Part shown: positions 35,232-43,731 of the stretch, piece after piece | Layout: every line of letters begins with the position of its first letter | How positions within the stretch are numbered: position 1 is the stretch's first letter | Source: an uncultured bacterium | GTDB taxonomy: Bacteria; Cyanobacteriota; Vampirovibrionia; Gastranaerophilales; Gastranaerophilaceae | Length of the DNA stretch: 64,000 nt | Assembly: GCA_949296245.1 (NCBI GenBank) | Contig: CASFNW010000002.1 | Coordinates: 48,454-112,453 of the forward strand | Direction of reading: 5' to 3' | Translations under genes and position numbers: made by a program | Notes under the pieces: generated by a model | What the model was told of the DNA's origin: nothing | What the model saw: the letters and a program-made list of their open reading frames with translations, nothing else | Database searches by the model: none

Positions 35232-36926
35232 ATGGCTGGATTTAAAATCGGTGAAGGTCAAAAATATGATACAACTCAGGTCTCTCAAGACGGAGTAACC
35301 AGAGAGGAATCAACAAAGGATAAAAAGAAGCTAAATCAGATTTTTGATATTTTTGATAAAGATAAAAACGGAATATTAGACTCCAAAGAACTGGCAGATA
35401 TGGTCTCCGTATTTAATGCTTATGACAAAGATAATGACAAAAAACTCGAGAGAAAAGAGTTCAAAGCACTTGCTGATACATTAAACAAATATTTGCCGTA
35501 TGGCGATAATCTTTCCGGCAAAGATATAAGAAATTTCTTTAAAAAGATAATGAGTGCTCAAAAAGATGATGAAAAAATTTCTGTAACAGAAGTCAGTGCG
35601 CAAGAAATCCCCGAAATTGAACCGCCTAAAGTTGAAGAAGTACCTGTTGCAAGAACCGGACATGTCGAAGAGGCGCCGCAGGGCGTAACTCCTCCTGCAG
35701 AACATCCGGAAGAAAAACAGGAATTGCACAGTTATACCGTACAGGAGGGTGAACGGTATACGGATTTGATAATCAGGTCATTAAAAGCTCAGGGAATTGA
35801 AAATCCTACAGAAGAACAAATAAAAGAGGCTAAAGAAAACTTCGAAAAAAATAATCCGGGCGCAGTAAAAAGAACGAAAAAAGGCTATGAATACCTTCTT
35901 GTAGGTGCAAAAGTGCAGCTTGAAGGACAGCTTGAAGATAAAAATAATGCCAGGGAACAGATAAATCAATATATAGAAAAACATGTAAAACCTCTTGAGA
36001 ACGGAAATAGAGGTGTTCAGCACGCTGAGCCGGATCCTGAAGTAGTTCAAAAAGCAAAAGAAAAAGGCTATAGAGCTACACTCTCTCCTGATTATTTTTA
36101 CGATGAAGAAACTAAAAAACACTATCAGTATGACAAAGAAAAAGGTGAATTTGTTGAAGCTGAGAATGTCGTTTATGTGGGTGAAGACGGATCTTACAGA
36201 AAAGCAATTCCAAATGATGACGGCTCAATAAGAAGCATTACTTATGACAAAGACGGCAATATTACAGCAATGGATGCAAGAAATAATCAGAACCAAAAGT
36301 ATCTAAACAGCGATTACGCAGCTCAAAAACTCGGACTCAGAGAAACTTTTGCAACAAAATCCAAAGGTGTATACTACGATGAACAAACACAAACACATTT
36401 TAAATGGAATGATGAAAGACATGCGTTTGAAGCCATGGCTAAAGATTTTGCAATGGTAGGTAAAGACGGAACAAAATATAATGAAAACGGGCGAGCCGGT
36501 AACTGGCAATTAAAAACAGATGGTACTGATGTATATACTGACCCTGAAACAGGAAATACTGAAACCTATACATATGATGAAAACGGAAAGAGTACAAAAC
36601 GTGTAGATAAAGACGCTTCCGGAAATGTGACGCGTACAACAGAATTTACTCGTGACGAAAACGGCAAAGTAACATATCAAATTCAAAAATATTCTGACGG
36701 TACCTCTATTGAGTTCTGGAAGGATGAAAATGAAAAGAATACAAAACGTGTAGATAAAGACGCTGCCGGAAATGTGACGGGTATCTATTCCTTTACACGC
36801 GGCAAAGACGGTTCTTATATATCACAGCAGGTTGATGCACAGGGCAATATAATCGGCGAGCCGGCGTATTATGACAAAGACAATAATACATTGACAAAAG
36901 AACAGTACGAAGCACTTCAAAAGTAG
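35232..36926 (+). CDS. Hypothetical protein with two EF-hand-like loops, a LysM-like segment and YD-like repeats
   Basis: DKDKNGILDSKE and DKDNDKKLERKEF EF-hand loops. YTVQEGERYTDLI...VGAKVQL is LysM-like. C-terminal repeats include NTKRVDKDA(S/A)GNVT twice. ATG 35232 is preferred over GTG 35226 because of the AGGAAAGGA SD. Confidence 0.65.
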   Translation: MAGFKIGEGQKYDTTQVSQDGVTREESTKDKKKLNQIFDIFDKDKNGILDSKELADMVSVFNAYDKDNDKKLERKEFKALADTLNKYLPYGDNLSGKDIRNFFKKIMSAQKDDEKISVTEVSAQEIPEIEPPKVEEVPVARTGHVEEAPQGVTPPAEHPEEKQELHSYTVQEGERYTDLIIRSLKAQGIENPTEEQIKEAKENFEKNNPGAVKRTKKGYEYLLVGAKVQLEGQLEDKNNAREQINQYIEKHVKPLENGNRGVQHAEPDPEVVQKAKEKGYRATLSPDYFYDEETKKHYQYDKEKGEFVEAENVVYVGEDGSYRKAIPNDDGSIRSITYDKDGNITAMDARNNQNQKYLNSDYAAQKLGLRETFATKSKGVYYDEQTQTHFKWNDERHAFEAMAKDFAMVGKDGTKYNENGRAGNWQLKTDGTDVYTDPETGNTETYTYDENGKSTKRVDKDASGNVTRTTEFTRDENGKVTYQIQKYSDGTSIEFWKDENEKNTKRVDKDAAGNVTGIYSFTRGKDGSYISQQVDAQGNIIGEPAYYDKDNNTLTKEQYEALQK

Positions 36927-36941
36927 TATATAACAATAATC

Positions 36942-36968
36942 AAAAGGCAGATACATCTCTGCCTTTTG
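36942..36968. terminator. Bidirectional terminator between 35232-36926 and obg
   Basis: GGCAGA (36946-36951) / TCTGCC (36958-36963) flanked by AAAA and TTTT, between convergent genes. Confidence 0.75.
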
Positions 36969-37000
36969 ATTTATCGCTTTGTTTTAACTCTGCACACAGG

Positions 37001-38272
37001 TTAGTCATAATAATCAAACTGAATATGACCGATTTTTACAACATCTCCGTCTTTAATACCTGCCTGCTTTAGCGCCTCATATACATTCATAGACGCAAGG
37101 ATATTCTGGAATCTGTAGAGCTGGTCGATATTTCTCGTATCGGTTACATTGGCTAGGCGTATGAGCTTGCCGCCTTCTACGCTGTATGTGTTTTTATCAA
37201 TTTTGTATATTGCATAGTCGCTGTCATCGTTGTCAAATGCAGCAAGGTCTTCGTCTATATCAATTTTAAATTCCGGTTTGGGGATTTCTTCCACTTTTTG
37301 CATTACAAAATCCATAAACGGCTTTATATTTTCTTTTGTTGCAGCAGAAATTAAGAAAACATCAGGAGAATATATTTTAAACATTTTTAAATATTCTTCT
37401 CTTATTTCTGCATCAACACTGTCTATTTTATTAAGAGCAATAATCTGATAAAGATTGCCCAGTCTTTGTGAGTGTTTTTTTAACTCTTCATTGATTTTTT
37501 GGTAATTTGATACAGGATCTTCACCGGTTATATCAATTACATGTATCAAGAATCTGCATCTTTCCACGTGCCGTAAAAACTCATGTCCGAGGCCTATGCC
37601 TTCGCTGGCTCCTTCAATAAGCCCGGGAATATCTGCAACAACAAAGCCGTCACCTGATGGCTTTTTTACTACACCAAGGTGCGGCACAAGTGTTGTAAAA
37701 GGATAATCTGCTATTTTAGGCTTTGCTTCACTTATCACGCTTATTAAAGTGGATTTGCCGGCATTTGGCATACCGAGAAGCCCTACATCGGCAATCAGTT
37801 TTAGTTCAAGTTCCAATTCTCTTTCAATACCAGGTTCTCCTGGTTCACAAAATTGCGGCGCTCTTTTTTGTGCGGTTGCAAATCTTGCGTTGCCTCTGCC
37901 GCCACGTCCGCCTTTTGCGACAAGGACAGTTTGTTCGTGATGTGTCAGGTCGGCAATGATTTTGTCATTTTCTATGTCTCTTACAACTGTGCCCAGAGGA
38001 ACTTTTATGTATAAATCTTTTCCGCCATGACCGTGCTGGTTTTTCGGACGTCCGTTTTCACCGTTTTCTGCTTTAAATATAGACTGAAATTTAAAGTCCA
38101 TAAGCGTTGTCATAGATTCGTCGGCAATAAAATATACACTTCCTCCTCTGCCGCCGTCACCGCCTGCAGGGCCGCCTTTATCCACATATTTTTCTCGTCT
38201 CCAGGCAACGATTCCGTTTCCGCCTCTGCCCGAGAGAATTTTTATTTTTGCTTTATCTAAAAATGTCGTCAT
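37001..38272 (-). CDS. obg: GTPase Obg/CgtA with C-terminal OCT domain
   Basis: Gly-rich Obg fold (GGNGIVAWRREKY..GGPAGGDGGRGG), G1 GMPNAGKST, G3 DIPGLIEGA, G4 NKID, and a C-terminal OCT-like domain. Confidence 0.95.
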   Translation of the reverse strand: MTTFLDKAKIKILSGRGGNGIVAWRREKYVDKGGPAGGDGGRGGSVYFIADESMTTLMDFKFQSIFKAENGENGRPKNQHGHGGKDLYIKVPLGTVVRDIENDKIIADLTHHEQTVLVAKGGRGGRGNARFATAQKRAPQFCEPGEPGIERELELELKLIADVGLLGMPNAGKSTLISVISEAKPKIADYPFTTLVPHLGVVKKPSGDGFVVADIPGLIEGASEGIGLGHEFLRHVERCRFLIHVIDITGEDPVSNYQKINEELKKHSQRLGNLYQIIALNKIDSVDAEIREEYLKMFKIYSPDVFLISAATKENIKPFMDFVMQKVEEIPKPEFKIDIDEDLAAFDNDDSDYAIYKIDKNTYSVEGGKLIRLANVTDTRNIDQLYRFQNILASMNVYEALKQAGIKDGDVVKIGHIQFDYYD

Positions 38273-38343
38273 AGATATTAGGTTAGCATAAAATAAAAAT
38301 AAGAAAAAATAAAAAAGGGATTTATATAGAATTTCTGCTAAAA

Positions 38344-38545
38344 CCTCAGAATGACGTATGAATAGATTCTTCGGTCACTTCTTTTCCTCAGAATGACGAA
38401 TGAGACATGTCATAAAATAATACGTCATTCTGAAGCATCAAATGTGCTTTGTTATAATGATAGTGCTGTGTTCAGAATCTTACCAATCTGATATGTATAT
38501 CAAAAGCCGGTAAGATTCTGAGCTCGCTTCGCTTCTCAGGATGAC
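38344..38545. repeat. Cluster of TCAGAATGACG-type inverted/direct repeats forming two long hairpins
   Basis: CCTCAGAATGACG occurs at 38344-38356 and 38386-38398, with an inverted copy CGTCATTCTGAAG at 38423-38435. A second perfect 12-bp hairpin is CAGAATCTTACC (38473-38484) / GGTAAGATTCTG (38509-38520). Both hairpins have 24-nt loops. A degenerate unit CTCAGGATGAC lies at 38535-38545. Confidence 0.8.
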
Positions 38546-38663
38546 AACTTTTACATAATACATATTATCGATATATAAAAACTGTCATCGATTTACGCAA
38601 TATATGCATGAGTGACATTATAGCTGTATTTCAAGCATATTTGGTGTAAAGTTTATAAGTTCC

Positions 38664-38699
38664 ATAAAAAAGAAGAGATTTTTATTTTTTCTCTTCTTT
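38664..38699 (-). terminator. Rho-independent terminator after 38700-39083
   Basis: On the minus strand, directly after the stop: AAGAAGAG / CTCTTCTT 8-bp stem, 13-nt A/T loop, then a T-run. Confidence 0.7.
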
Positions 38700-39083
38700 T
38701 TAATCTATATAAAAGAAATCTTCGTTTTCATCCTGATAATCTTCCCAGAGAGGAATTTTGTCTTCCAGAAGTTTCTTTTTCTTTTCTTTCAATTTTTCTT
38801 CTGTTTCTTCCAATTGTGTTTTTTGTTCTTTTTTCTTCTTTATAATGTTTGCCACATTCATCATTGCAAGAGAATTTAGGGTAGCATTGAGCTGTGCGCT
38901 TCTGTCTACAAACTGAGATTCACTAAAGTTTTGTCCTTCTTCGCCCTGCTGCTGCAAAAAATATTCCATACCGGGGCTTTGTCTGTCGTCTGCTGTTTTT
39001 GCTGCAGTACCGGATATGTCGCCGCTTTTAAAATTAAAGCTGCCACCGATTCCGAAAAATCCAGCTGAACGATTGTCTACCAC
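38700..39083 (-). CDS. Hypothetical protein (Gly-rich N-terminus, Lys/Glu-rich coiled C-terminus)
   Basis: 127 aa. GTG start with AGGAG 10 nt upstream and its own terminator. No recognisable domain. Confidence 0.55.
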   Translation of the reverse strand: MVDNRSAGFFGIGGSFNFKSGDISGTAAKTADDRQSPGMEYFLQQQGEEGQNFSESQFVDRSAQLNATLNSLAMMNVANIIKKKKEQKTQLEETEEKLKEKKKKLLEDKIPLWEDYQDENEDFFYID

Positions 39084-39240
39084 TTATGAAAATCTCCTGT
39101 GTTTTTCTCTCTGTTAATGAAGATATTGTATAAAATTTGATATTTATTGTATTAAAACCCGGCAAAATATTTTTTGCTAGTTCTCATTTATATTTTAATG
39201 TATATTAACATTTGTTTACATCCGTCTTTTGATGTACATA

Positions 39241-39507
39241 CTACAAACCTAGTATGGATAGCATTCTTACAACAGCAAACTGTAAAATTTGTAGAAATAA
39301 CAGCGCAACAATGGGAGAAAAGTCCAGCCCGCCCATTGCCGGTATTATTCTTCTAAAAGGTTCAAGTACAATATCTGATATTAACGCCAGAAATTTATAC
39401 GGCTGTGAGTACCAGTTAATAGATGGTATCCAAGTTAAGAATATTCTGACTATAATTATCCAGAAATAAATATTGAATAAATCGTTTACTAAAGCAGCTA
39501 TACTCAT
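39241..39507 (-). CDS. yggT: YggT/Ycf19 family membrane protein
   Basis: 88 aa with two TM helices. IIVRIFLTWIP... and ..GGLDFSPIVALL match the YggT pattern. Confidence 0.8.
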   Translation of the reverse strand: MSIAALVNDLFNIYFWIIIVRIFLTWIPSINWYSQPYKFLALISDIVLEPFRRIIPAMGGLDFSPIVALLFLQILQFAVVRMLSILGL

Positions 39508-39534
39508 TTAGTATTTGTTCCTTTTGTGTTTTAT

Positions 39535-40338
39535 CTATACTCTTGAAGAGGATACAGTGTTTGCACAGTTGCATTTTGTTCTTTCAATAGGAAGTTTTTC
39601 AATCAGATTGAAAAGAAGTGCTTTTAGTTTTTCATTGTTATCGTTAAACACTTTGATTACCTCTGCATGCTGTACAGGGGGAACTTCTCCGACAAGTCCT
39701 GCATCGTAATCTGTTATCAATGATATATTCAATGGACACATATCCATCTCTTTTACAAGGTATGCTTCCGGGAATTGCGTCATATTAATAACTTCCCAGC
39801 CTTGAGATGTAAAGAATTTTGATTCTGATTTTGTTGAAAATCTGGGGCCGTTTATGACAACAACTGTTCCTGTTTCATGTACAGTAATACCCAGTTCTTT
39901 AGCCGTTGCAACAGCCGTCTGTCTCATTTCTTCACAATATGGATTAGCCGCACTGACATGTGTAACAACAGGCCCGTCAAAGAAAGTTGACTTTCTGCCG
40001 TCTGTCCAATCCACAAACTGGTCGCATATTACAAAGTGCCCGGGAGCAACGTGTTTTTGCAGACTTCCTGCCGCACAGGGAGATATCACCCTTTCACATC
40101 CGATTGATTTCATAGCCCAAACATTTGCTCTGTAGTTAATCAAATGAGGGGGAATAGTGTGGCTTCTGCCGTGTCTTGGCATAAAAGCTACTTTATGCTG
40201 TCCTATTTTTCCTATAAATACACTGTCAGAAGGAGCTCCGTATGGTGTTTCAACTTTTACTTCTTCTATATCATCCAGAAATTTGTAAAATCCTGAACCT
40301 CCAAACACACCTATATCGGCTAATTTTTTCTTTTCCAT
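39535..40338 (-). CDS. mtnP: S-methyl-5'-thioadenosine phosphorylase
   Basis: 267 aa. IGVFGGSGFY, FMPRHGRSH, NYRANVWA, GPRFST and EVINMT motifs of the MTAP/PNP family. Confidence 0.88.
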   Translation of the reverse strand: MEKKKLADIGVFGGSGFYKFLDDIEEVKVETPYGAPSDSVFIGKIGQHKVAFMPRHGRSHTIPPHLINYRANVWAMKSIGCERVISPCAAGSLQKHVAPGHFVICDQFVDWTDGRKSTFFDGPVVTHVSAANPYCEEMRQTAVATAKELGITVHETGTVVVINGPRFSTKSESKFFTSQGWEVINMTQFPEAYLVKEMDMCPLNISLITDYDAGLVGEVPPVQHAEVIKVFNDNNEKLKALLFNLIEKLPIERTKCNCANTVSSSRV

Positions 40339-40375
40339 TTATCTCTCTCCGTTTTTAATCATTAATATCTTTAGT

Positions 40376-41041
40376 TTATTTTACAGTAGTCGGATTTTTT
40401 ATCCATTCATAAGCCTTTGCTGACGTTTTGGGCACTGTAACTCTGCCGTCTTTGTATATTTTTATGTTATAACCATTGTTTTTGCCGGCGCAAGACGGAT
40501 CTACAGTAATTTCAAATGTTCCTTTTCCCGTTGTATCAACCAGATTCCAGTAGCATACACCGATAGATGATTTAAGGTTTTGTTCTGTATTATTTGCACA
40601 ATTAATTTTGCCGATTGTATTTATATGCTCTGCAATATAATAACAAACTGCATTAGACTGCTTCAAGTCGCTATCACAAGTAATATTTTCACTGTTATCA
40701 GAAGGACAGGCAGTCTTTTTTGTTCCTGAATCAATATATTCAATCTTTGCACTTGGCAAAGGATCATAAGAAAAATCCAGGTGCAGCTCACCCAGGCTTG
40801 TGTCTATATTGCCGTTTGCATAAATATTCTGGTCATATTTTGTATAGTCATTAATAGATGAACGCATGATTTCTTCTACTGCATGGTATGACTTTAAAAA
40901 CAGAAATTTATCTTTGTCGGGGTCTACACGTGCAACTGTTCTGATTAACAGAGACATCACAACACCTATTATCGCCATTGTTAAAAGCACTTCTGCAAGA
41001 GTAAAACCTGTTTTTATAAATGTTTTATTAGAGTTTTTCAT
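40376..41041 (-). CDS. Prepilin-type N-terminal cleavage/methylation domain protein (type IV pilin-like), paralog 2
   Basis: N-terminus KTGFTLAEVLLTMAIIGVV (G|FTLAE). Shares conserved blocks and Cys positions with the upstream paralog (LHLDFSYDPLPSAKI, NAVCYYIAEHIN, AKAYEWIKNP). Confidence 0.8.
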   Translation of the reverse strand: MKNSNKTFIKTGFTLAEVLLTMAIIGVVMSLLIRTVARVDPDKDKFLFLKSYHAVEEIMRSSINDYTKYDQNIYANGNIDTSLGELHLDFSYDPLPSAKIEYIDSGTKKTACPSDNSENITCDSDLKQSNAVCYYIAEHINTIGKINCANNTEQNLKSSIGVCYWNLVDTTGKGTFEITVDPSCAGKNNGYNIKIYKDGRVTVPKTSAKAYEWIKNPTTVK

Positions 41042-41063
41042 TAATAGCTCCTATTTTAGCAAC

Positions 41064-41780
41064 TTACTTAATGTCAGTTTGATCATTCATCCATTCGTAA
41101 GCTTTCTTTTGTCTTTCTCCGATACCATAATGCTCTTCAGGTACTGTCATTTTTCCGTCATGGAATATCCATATTACATAGCCTTGGTTATTGCATAAAG
41201 GGTCAATGACAGGATCATTAGAACCGTTAGGTTGACTGTCTGAGGCTCCGTCATAAACACCTACAAAATTTCTAAGACATGCTCCCTGAGATGTTTTCAT
41301 ATTAATAACTGATTCTTCTTCACAATTTACATCTCCGACAGAGTTTAGCTGGTCAGCTATAAAGTAGCACATTGCATTGTCTTTTGTTAGTTCTACATCA
41401 CAGCCTTGAGTGTCTACTGTACCATCACCTTTTGTTACTTTGGGACAGGCTGTTTTTTGTTTTCCGTCTTTTATAAATGTAACTTTCGCCGAAGGTAATG
41501 GTGTATATCGGAAATCTAAATGCAGGCTGTTTTTTTCTTCTGTGGTCATTTTGTCTATTTCACTGTCACTATAGTAATTTGGGCTGTACTTTGTCGAATC
41601 ATTAATAGTGTTGGCCATTACTGTTTCCAGTGCATGATATGTTTTTAGAAACAGAATTTTTTCTTTATCCGGATTAACTCTGTTTATTGCTCTAAGCATT
41701 AATGCCATGAGAACACCGGCTATAGTCAGAGTGAGCAGCGTTTCTGCAAGAGTAAAAGCAAAAGATTTATCATTTTTCAT
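41064..41780 (-). CDS. Prepilin-type N-terminal cleavage/methylation domain protein (type IV pilin-like), paralog 1
   Basis: N-terminus KSFAFTLAETLLTLTIAGVL (Ala instead of Gly at position -1). About 40-45% identity by eye to 40376-41041 over the whole length. Confidence 0.75.
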   Translation of the reverse strand: MKNDKSFAFTLAETLLTLTIAGVLMALMLRAINRVNPDKEKILFLKTYHALETVMANTINDSTKYSPNYYSDSEIDKMTTEEKNSLHLDFRYTPLPSAKVTFIKDGKQKTACPKVTKGDGTVDTQGCDVELTKDNAMCYFIADQLNSVGDVNCEEESVINMKTSQGACLRNFVGVYDGASDSQPNGSNDPVIDPLCNNQGYVIWIFHDGKMTVPEEHYGIGERQKKAYEWMNDQTDIK

Positions 41781-41865
41781 ATATCATATACTCCTATACT
41801 TTTTGACAATTATATTCTATATTCCACTAATTTGCAAAAATAAATCTTGCTTTACTTTATTTTAC

Positions 41866-42116
41866 ATCTAATCTAGTGTCGCAGTTGCCGCCGGCTGTCT
41901 TGTAATTCCTTCCCGCTCGTTGCTGCCGCTGACTACGCTTCGCTGCCGTCAGCTTCGCACTCGCTCAACGGGTTTCACCCGTCCGGAATTCCGCTCAACG
42001 CAGCCGGCACCTGCTCACCTTTTCAAATGACACTCAAAAATTTTGCTCTTCCCATCCATTTTGACTTGACATTTAGTCAACTCAAAACGGAGTCCTTCTT
42101 ATCGCAAAATTTTCTC
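41866..42116 (-). repeat. GC-rich modular intergenic element, copy D (minus orientation, upstream of the pilin-like pair)
   Basis: Read on the minus strand, it carries the same inserted domain as copy B: GGAATTCC-GGACGGGTGAAACCCG ... GGAATTAC-AAGAC. It has an extra outer helix GCCGGCTG (41890-41897) / CAGCCGGC (42001-42008) and the 3' block CGGCAACTGCGACACTAGATTAGAT shared with copy C. The TTGTCCGAGAAAA box lies at its 5' edge (42104-42116). Confidence 0.8.
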
Positions 42117-42190
42117 GGACAATATAAGGCAATTATTTTAAACAAAATGTTTTTATATATATAAGGTAGTAATGTAAGGTCAATATACTT

Positions 42191-42430
42191 ATGGTTAACG
42201 GAATCAACTCTTCTTATGTCCCTTATAACGGTTTTCCCGCGAATGCAACAGGGGCCACACAGGTAACAAAAGACATAGCGAGTTATTGCTATGATACACA
42301 ACGTCCGAAAATAGCAGAAACATACGGCTATCTTACATCTGATGAAAAGCCTGACTACAAATGGCCTGTAATCGGTGCTGTTGTATCTGCATTATCGCTT
42401 ATTGCTGTCAGATTCATAAAACGCGGCTAA
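42191..42430 (+). CDS. Small hypothetical tail-anchored membrane protein
   Basis: 79 aa with a single C-terminal TM (WPVIGAVVSALSLIAVRFI). No family recognised. Confidence 0.5.
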   Translation: MVNGINSSYVPYNGFPANATGATQVTKDIASYCYDTQRPKIAETYGYLTSDEKPDYKWPVIGAVVSALSLIAVRFIKRG

Positions 42431-42438
42431 AACTTAGC

Positions 42439-43677
42439 TTAACGGCTTTTGCAGTATTTGGCTAAAAATAAGAAAAGATTCATTACTTCCGGTATTTTTT
42501 CTTTTGTATTCTCTGCAAGTATTTCTGTTAATCCCTGATTTATACCAAGCAGACATGCCGGACAGGTTGTGAGTATAAAATCAACTTTTGCATCCAGATA
42601 GGACAGTGCTTTTTGTTTGGAAATTTTTCTTGAGATTTCCTGATTTTTTAGGGCAAATTTTCCTGAAAATCCGCAGCACTTATCATAGTCTTTTGCCTCA
42701 ATATATTCAATTCCCTTTATATTTTTTACAATATCAATAAAATCATACGTATCATGGCAAGGTTTGTGTACGGCTATACGACATGTTTTTTTAGATTCAA
42801 AAACACAATTCTTAATCAGGTCAGTAACCATAACAACGCTATCGGAAAGCTTTTGAGCTGCTTTTTCTCTGCTGTATAATTTATAATTTTTTAAAGTTTC
42901 ATAACAGGAGGCACAATCCGTGATTACATAGTCGTATTCCGTATCAAGTTTTTTTAAATTTCTGTTTAACAGATTCAAAAATTGTTCAATATCTCCGTCA
43001 TTTAAGTAACTCACGCCGCAGCATTCAAAATCTTTTTTGATAAGCTCTATATTTGATTCCTCCAGAATAGTTTTTACGGCTTCTTCAGTTTCTTTATTTA
43101 TGTACTTGTTAAAGCAGCCTTCAAAATATACTGCTTTTTTGAGTTTATGTTCTGATTTACGGAGTCTGCTTTTGTATCTGCAGTTAGCAAGTGAATTTAA
43201 TAGTAACAGCCGTTTGCCTAAAATTCCTGTTTTGCATAAGAACTTATCAAAATATTTTATAATTCCCGGCAGTCTAAAGAATCTGTAGACAGAAAAAAAT
43301 ATTCTGCCGGATAAAAGTCCAACTTTAAATAAAGTATAGGAATTTATAATTTTTTCAAAAAAAGATATGCTATTAGTTTTAAAATATTCCGCTTTTGCTG
43401 CGGTAAATATTTCTTTTACATCTATTTTGCTGGGGCAAAAGTCATGACAGGCATTACAGCCTGTGCATAAATCAAGATATTTTTTCACTGTTGAGTTAAG
43501 TTTCAATTCGCCTTTTATTATTCCGTTTAATATATTAAACTTGCCTCTTGAAACAGCACACTCGTTTAATGTTGCCTTATAAACAGGACATACGGACTGG
43601 CACAGTCCGCAGCGGGAACATTTGTATATTTCATCTTCATAATCTTTTAAGTTTTTCATATTATTAATTATATTCAC
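42439..43677 (-). CDS. (Fe-S)-binding oxidoreductase subunit, GlcF/heterodisulfide-reductase-like (two 4Fe-4S motifs plus two CCG domains)
   Basis: CSRCGLCQSVCPV and CTGCNACHDFCPS ferredoxin motifs. Two Cys-rich CCG-type regions (..FECCG.., ..DKCCGFSG..). Confidence 0.8.
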   Translation of the reverse strand: MNIINNMKNLKDYEDEIYKCSRCGLCQSVCPVYKATLNECAVSRGKFNILNGIIKGELKLNSTVKKYLDLCTGCNACHDFCPSKIDVKEIFTAAKAEYFKTNSISFFEKIINSYTLFKVGLLSGRIFFSVYRFFRLPGIIKYFDKFLCKTGILGKRLLLLNSLANCRYKSRLRKSEHKLKKAVYFEGCFNKYINKETEEAVKTILEESNIELIKKDFECCGVSYLNDGDIEQFLNLLNRNLKKLDTEYDYVITDCASCYETLKNYKLYSREKAAQKLSDSVVMVTDLIKNCVFESKKTCRIAVHKPCHDTYDFIDIVKNIKGIEYIEAKDYDKCCGFSGKFALKNQEISRKISKQKALSYLDAKVDFILTTCPACLLGINQGLTEILAENTKEKIPEVMNLFLFLAKYCKSR

Positions 43678-43731
43678 AAAGAATAATTTAGTGATAGAAT
43701 TTTCATTATTAGGGATCTAGAGAAAATTAAT

